The notes under the pieces: generated by a model
The model's database searches: none
The model's input: the letters and a program-made list of their open reading frames with translations, nothing else
What the model was told of the DNA's origin: nothing
Translations under genes and position numbers: made by a program
DNA from: the human T2T-CHM13v2.0 reference genome, Homo sapiens
Reading direction: 5' to 3' (one strand)
Assembly (NCBI RefSeq): GCF_009914755.1
Contig: NC_060927.1
DNA: 64,000 nt
In this document: positions 58,731 to 64,000 of the stretch, piece by piece
How positions within the stretch are numbered: position 1 is the first letter of the stretch
How the letters are laid out: each line of letters begins with the position of its first letter

Positions 58731-61700
58731 ATCCAATCTTTATGCTGCAAATTGATGTGGGAAAATAAGCCTTTGTTACTTTTCTTTTTCAGCAGAGAAG
58801 CTGTATCCAAAGCACAGCTGCATTATTTAGAGGGCTGTGAGTCTAAAATGTGGACACCCTACAGCCCAGGGTGAGGAAACCTACCCACTGTGACCTGTCA
58901 GCTCTCTCCCGGTGAAAGGTTAGAAGGAGGCATGCTCCCTCTCAGCCCCTTCTCGGGCATCTGGGTCGCCTGTGCAGGCTTTAATCAAGTTATCATATCT
59001 AGCCAGGGTCTCCTGGATGCCGTCACTTCTGAATGAGAAAAAATTTGCAGACAAATTTCTAGCAGCAGGAAGTTGGTGCTCTCCTGCAAGGCTGCCTGAA
59101 AAGCACCTGCAACATCAGCAGCCTCCCTCCTGCTCCTGCTGGGAGCCGGCTCCAAGCCTCTGGCTTTGGGACTGGAGGGCTTTCTGCTCATTCATGTCTA
59201 GCCTACCTGCCCCTCTGAAATATTGCTCTGGTACCAGTGCTGCCAGCTGGGCATGGAGGAGACCTAAGCCCACGTCCAGGCTGGCGACATCTCCTTAATA
59301 AGCTTTCCTGAGTTGCTCTAGTCAAAGGAGAGGAAATCACGAAGCCATCAGTGCCAGCCAAGCCTGCCGGCCGCATTGTCCCCATGAGCGTGGGGCATGT
59401 GAGGCGGTGCCAGGAAAGCTCACTTTAACTTACAAGAGCCCTGTTCAAAGGAAGGGCTGTGCTGGCCTCTATATGTGCCCAGCCATTTTCACTTGTAAAG
59501 TGAAAACTGTGAGAGAAACACAAAAAGCACTTTTCCCCTTTCATTAGAAAGGAAACTTTTTTTCCCCCTAGGAAAGAGAGTTTTGCTGGAGAGAAAGAGT
59601 TGAGAGGATAAAGATATTGGCAGAGCTTAATGCCATAAATCTGATTAATTTACCTTGTGACACTCTCAACAAAAAAGTGAAGGGTCAGAGCCTTGCCTGC
59701 AAACTGACCTTTCACCTGCAGCCACGGTGGTAACAATGAGAGCCTGAGCCGCCTTTCACAGCTACCTGCTGCTTCCTACAATGAGATTGGACACAGTTTT
59801 CAACATGATGGAGAGCGCCTCCAGAGCCAGCGCCCTTTGTTCTTTCTGTCTGTGGGGTGGAAAGCGCCCAGGCCAACGTCTTCACCTTCTAATGTTCACA
59901 TAGGACCAGACAAGATCTTCTGTCTCTGGGACGGAGCAGAAAGGAAGGAAAACAGAGTGCTTTCTCTATGATTCATTGAGCGAACATATATTTAATAGGT
60001 TACAGAATATACGAAGATGAATAATCCTTGGTCCTTGCCCTAAAGGCACACAGGAGACCATGTCACTATCTGAAACAGGATGCAATCAGCCCCTAATGTA
60101 TGGGAGGTTCTCAATGCATGATCACAGGGTCAATGATTGATGGATCTGTGAGGGCATTTTATGCAAAGGAAGATACGACAGGAGACAGAGTCTGGAATTG
60201 CCGGACTGGGAAACTCAGAGAATGACATTCACCTTCATCTCTTAAATCACAGCATTGCACCTAAGGGATGGGGAGTGAGCTGACCCTCCCTCTGCAGTTC
60301 ACATTTCTGTTAAACAGTATCTCTGACTACGCAGGATCTCATGGGACACAGCTTGCTTATACTGGGATGCCCGTCATGGCAACTATTCCTGGGAATGCGC
60401 AGCCCCGTGTAGAATACTTTCCGAGATTTCTCTGTTCCTGCAAGTTGCCACATCGTGTTGCAGCCCTTGCAGCTTTCTCGTTTTGTGTTTCACCCCAGTC
60501 TTGGAAGAACGTATTAATCGAGGGCAACGTGCGGCAGAATAGGGCACTGAAATGGGAACAAGCTACTCAGTCAAGCACCGCCAGAACCTGTTATCTGTGG
60601 AATTCACATTGGATTCAGCCTTGTTTTGTGGTAGAGTTGTGCTGTGTTTTTAAATTCACATTTCTCTCTGTCTCTTCTAAAGACACCCAGTTTTTACGGA
60701 TTCAGCACTTTCCAAGCCTGGCTGGGCCCATTTTGAACAGCTGGCAGCCACAGAGACTTGAAAACACCCCCTTGAGCGGTGGAGCTCAGCTCCCTGGAGA
60801 TTTACGATGGCAGCAGATGGGCCCAGGTGGGCTCATGTGAGAATCCCAGACAGGTCTAGCTCCATCTGCAGACTGAAATTGTGTCTAAACAGGAGGCTAG
60901 GCACACTCACCTTCTAAATTCACTTTGAAACTGCTCAAAGTGTAAAAGGAATTTATTGACGCTGAAAGGTCTGGAGCATGCAGGCAAGACACCAGGAATT
61001 TCTCAGGAAGAAAGAAGGGAAAGAGAGGAAGGAAAGAGAAGGGGAGGGAGTGAGGCATAGAGAGAGATGAGCTCTTAACAGAAAGTGCACGTGACAAATT
61101 AGCACAGAGCACGATTCTGCCATGCCACTGGTCTGGTCTCCCCAGCTGGTGACTGGAGCCCCTTCTGTGGGGCACTGATGGTCAGGAACGTTGTCCACCA
61201 TGGCTCGGCTCTAAGAAGGAGCAATCAATCCTCCCTTATCAGCTTAGAGGGGCCTTTAGGGGTCAACTAATACTAGACATGATACTAGACACCACCAGGC
61301 AGGTGATGGTGGCGGTTGTGGTTCTTTGTTGTTTTGGCCATGTTTACGAATCTGAAGCCCAAGATTCAAGGCAGATCATAGGGCAATGCCTCTGCTGGAA
61401 GTAGAAGTAGGAGGTAGCCTGGAGTCCCAGCCCCGGAGACATTTCTTCCACCTTATCCTACCAGTTCTCCAGCTTCCCCAGTTGACCCACAAAAGGCATT
61501 GAGGGTGAAACCAACTAGTTCGTTCCAAGGCCCAAGTTGGCAGAAGGCCCCAAGAGAAGGGAACTGACCTGAGTCACTCTGAGTGAGTGATGGCAAAATA
61601 GGACCAGAAACAAGTCTCCTGTCCTCAGCCAGGTTCTTTCCCTCACACTCCAGGCAAGCTATGTACCTGGGCATCACTTCTTCCTGACTCTTCAGAAAAG

Positions 61701-61928
61701 GGATGGAGGTTGCTACAATAGCAAGAGAAGCAGGAGGAAGCCATCTGGGGCTGTGGGACCTCCCCATCCCAGGCACACATTTTGAAGCTGCAGCCAGGGA
61801 ACATGTACTGCATGGGGCTAAAATATCCTGAAACCACCGCTAGCCCCAGATTCAGACAGCCAGATTTTGTCTGGGTGCCATATGTCTGGCATCTTAGAGA
61901 TTTCATTTCCATTAAAAACATAAGCATC

Positions 61929-62240
<312 letters not shown>

Positions 62241-63134
62241 TCATCACAATAAGGGGAAAGCTGAATTTATTTGTTCATTCAATGCTTATTAAAGGATTTA
62301 CTTGTGATTTATTGATTTTTAAAAATAGAAAAGTAAAAGAGAACAACAAAACAATAGATCACATATTCTCCAGGCAACTTATGGCCTGATGCCAGCATGA
62401 GGCCTGGCTTCAATAGGATAGTCGTGATACGTTGAAAGGTACATTTCAGTTCAGAAATCAATGAGAGAATCTGATACAATTTGAACAGATGAATAATGTG
62501 AGCAAAAGACATTCCCCGGCACTTAAAAAACATTGTTTTGGAAGATCATCCAGACTTGCAATTTAATACCAGATGTTGGCGTCTGGAGAGAGCCTGGTTT
62601 GACAGTTTGGCAGGAAATATGAAGAAAACACAAATGGCAATTCAAAAAACAAAAAATAAAAGTTATAGCAAGGATTGCTGCAATGACCCAGTTAAGCAGT
62701 CCTGGAATGTCAGAAAGCCAGAGTTTATCACCCGTAAAGCTCAGGTCATGGAAAGGGCAGCTTGGGCCCTGGAAGGTTCCGGAAGGGTATCTGAGGGTGA
62801 GGAAAGGGAAAGTTCTTTGGTGAGCTCCCTGAGGCCGTCAGTGGTGGAGGGAAGCAGGCCAGAGGGTACGGCTGGTTTCTGTGATGTGGCTGCAGGGGCG
62901 AGAGGGAATGTCTCTCCCAACCTACTATTACGGCAGCTGCGGTTGGGCCCATCCTGACAGCTGGGCACTGGCAGAGAACACAGGAAGCTGGTTGACCCCA
63001 GCCATCAGCACAAGCGGGAAGAGACAGCGGTTCTCCCAAACCCTGAGTCCAGGACACACCACTGCAAACTCCCAGGAGCCTAACTGTCCGGGTTTATATT
63101 GTACCTTCCTGCTCGTGGCTAGAAATTCACGTTA

Positions 63135-63760
63135 CATTTTTTTTCAAGATATAATTTACATGCAGTGAAATACTTAGATCTTAAGTGTTTGTTCAGATTT
63201 GGCAAGTGAATACACTCATCTGCCCCGTACCTTGATCAAGACACAGAACATTGCTCTCACTCCAGCAATTTCCCTCACGCCTCTTCCCAGTCAACTCCGC
63301 TTTGTATACACACAACGTAAAGCAACCACTGATCTGAATTCTGTCACCACAGGTTACATTTGCTATTGCAGAACTCTATAGAAGTGGAATCATACAGTGT
63401 GTCCTCTTAGGAGTCTGGCCTCCTTAATTCAGCATGTTGTTAAGATTCATGCATGTTGTTGCATGTATCAGTAGTAGTTCATTCCTCTTTTTTTTCTTCC
63501 TGAGTAGCATTTCATTGTATATCACAATTTGTTGTTTATTCATTCACCTATTGTTGGACATCTGAGATGTATCCAGCAGTTAGCTATCATGAACAATCTT
63601 GCTATAAACCTTCCTGTATACGTCATTGTGTGGACATATGATTTCATCCCTGTAGGGTAAATACCTAGGGGTGGAATTGCTGGGACATAAGGTAGTCACA
63701 TGTCAAATTTGTAAAGAAACTGATGAACAGGTTTCCAAGGTAGTTGTTCCAAGTTCATAT
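63135..63760 (-). mobile_element. Old L1 (L1MB/MC-like) fragment
   Basis: GTGGAATCATACAGTGTG, CATTCACCTATTGTTGGACAT and GGGTAAATACCTAGGGGTGGAATTGCTGG. Confidence 0.8.
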
Positions 63761-64000
63761 TTAAAGTATGACTATCCAGGTGGTCTCTGTGCTTCAGGCA
63801 TGTGAATAACTGCACTGCTATGAAGTGCAGGTGGAGATGGTATAGCACAGTAATGAGTACATGTGCCTGGGGTTTGCGACATCTCAGTCACATTTCTGCT
63901 CAAGGGTCTTGGTTTCCTTATCTGCCAAGTGACTCAGTTGAACAGACAATGTCTAAGGGTATTTCTCTTTCTACTATGAGATGAGTCTTTCATTCCTTCA

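Noticed and set aside
59813-59835. CTCF-like GC motif AGCGCCTCCAGAGCC
   Set aside because: Only a partial match to the CTCF core; not supportable without a PWM scan or ChIP data
60268-60840. Longest ORF (190 aa)
   Set aside because: No recognisable domain or exon structure; partly overlaps decayed repeat-like sequence; compatible with a chance ORF

Overview
This is primate (very likely human) non-coding genomic DNA, judged from the Alu subfamilies, THE1/MLT/MER50 LTRs, L1, L2, MIR and MER DNA transposons it contains. I recognise no protein-coding exon, RNA gene or CRISPR array. The supplied ORFs look like chance ORFs or translations of repeats. The main structures are about 18 Alus (many with target-site duplications, TSDs), a decayed ERV-L provirus with recognisable protease/RT remnants (~11.5-15.8 kb), a CpG-rich island (~25.9-26.8 kb), a MER50 solo LTR split by an Alu, and a probable retroposed mRNA 3' end nested in an L1 (~47.7-48.5 kb). 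The most unusual signals are a near-identical 154-bp templated insertion, a 483-bp AT-rich tract bounded by a perfect 31-bp inverted repeat, a 47-bp-arm hairpin, a template-switch palindrome cluster, an old 95-bp local duplication and a possible L1 3' transduction. I found no supportable evidence of a new multi-gene biological system. Repeat family names come from recalled consensus sequences, not a search, and boundaries of old repeats are approximate.
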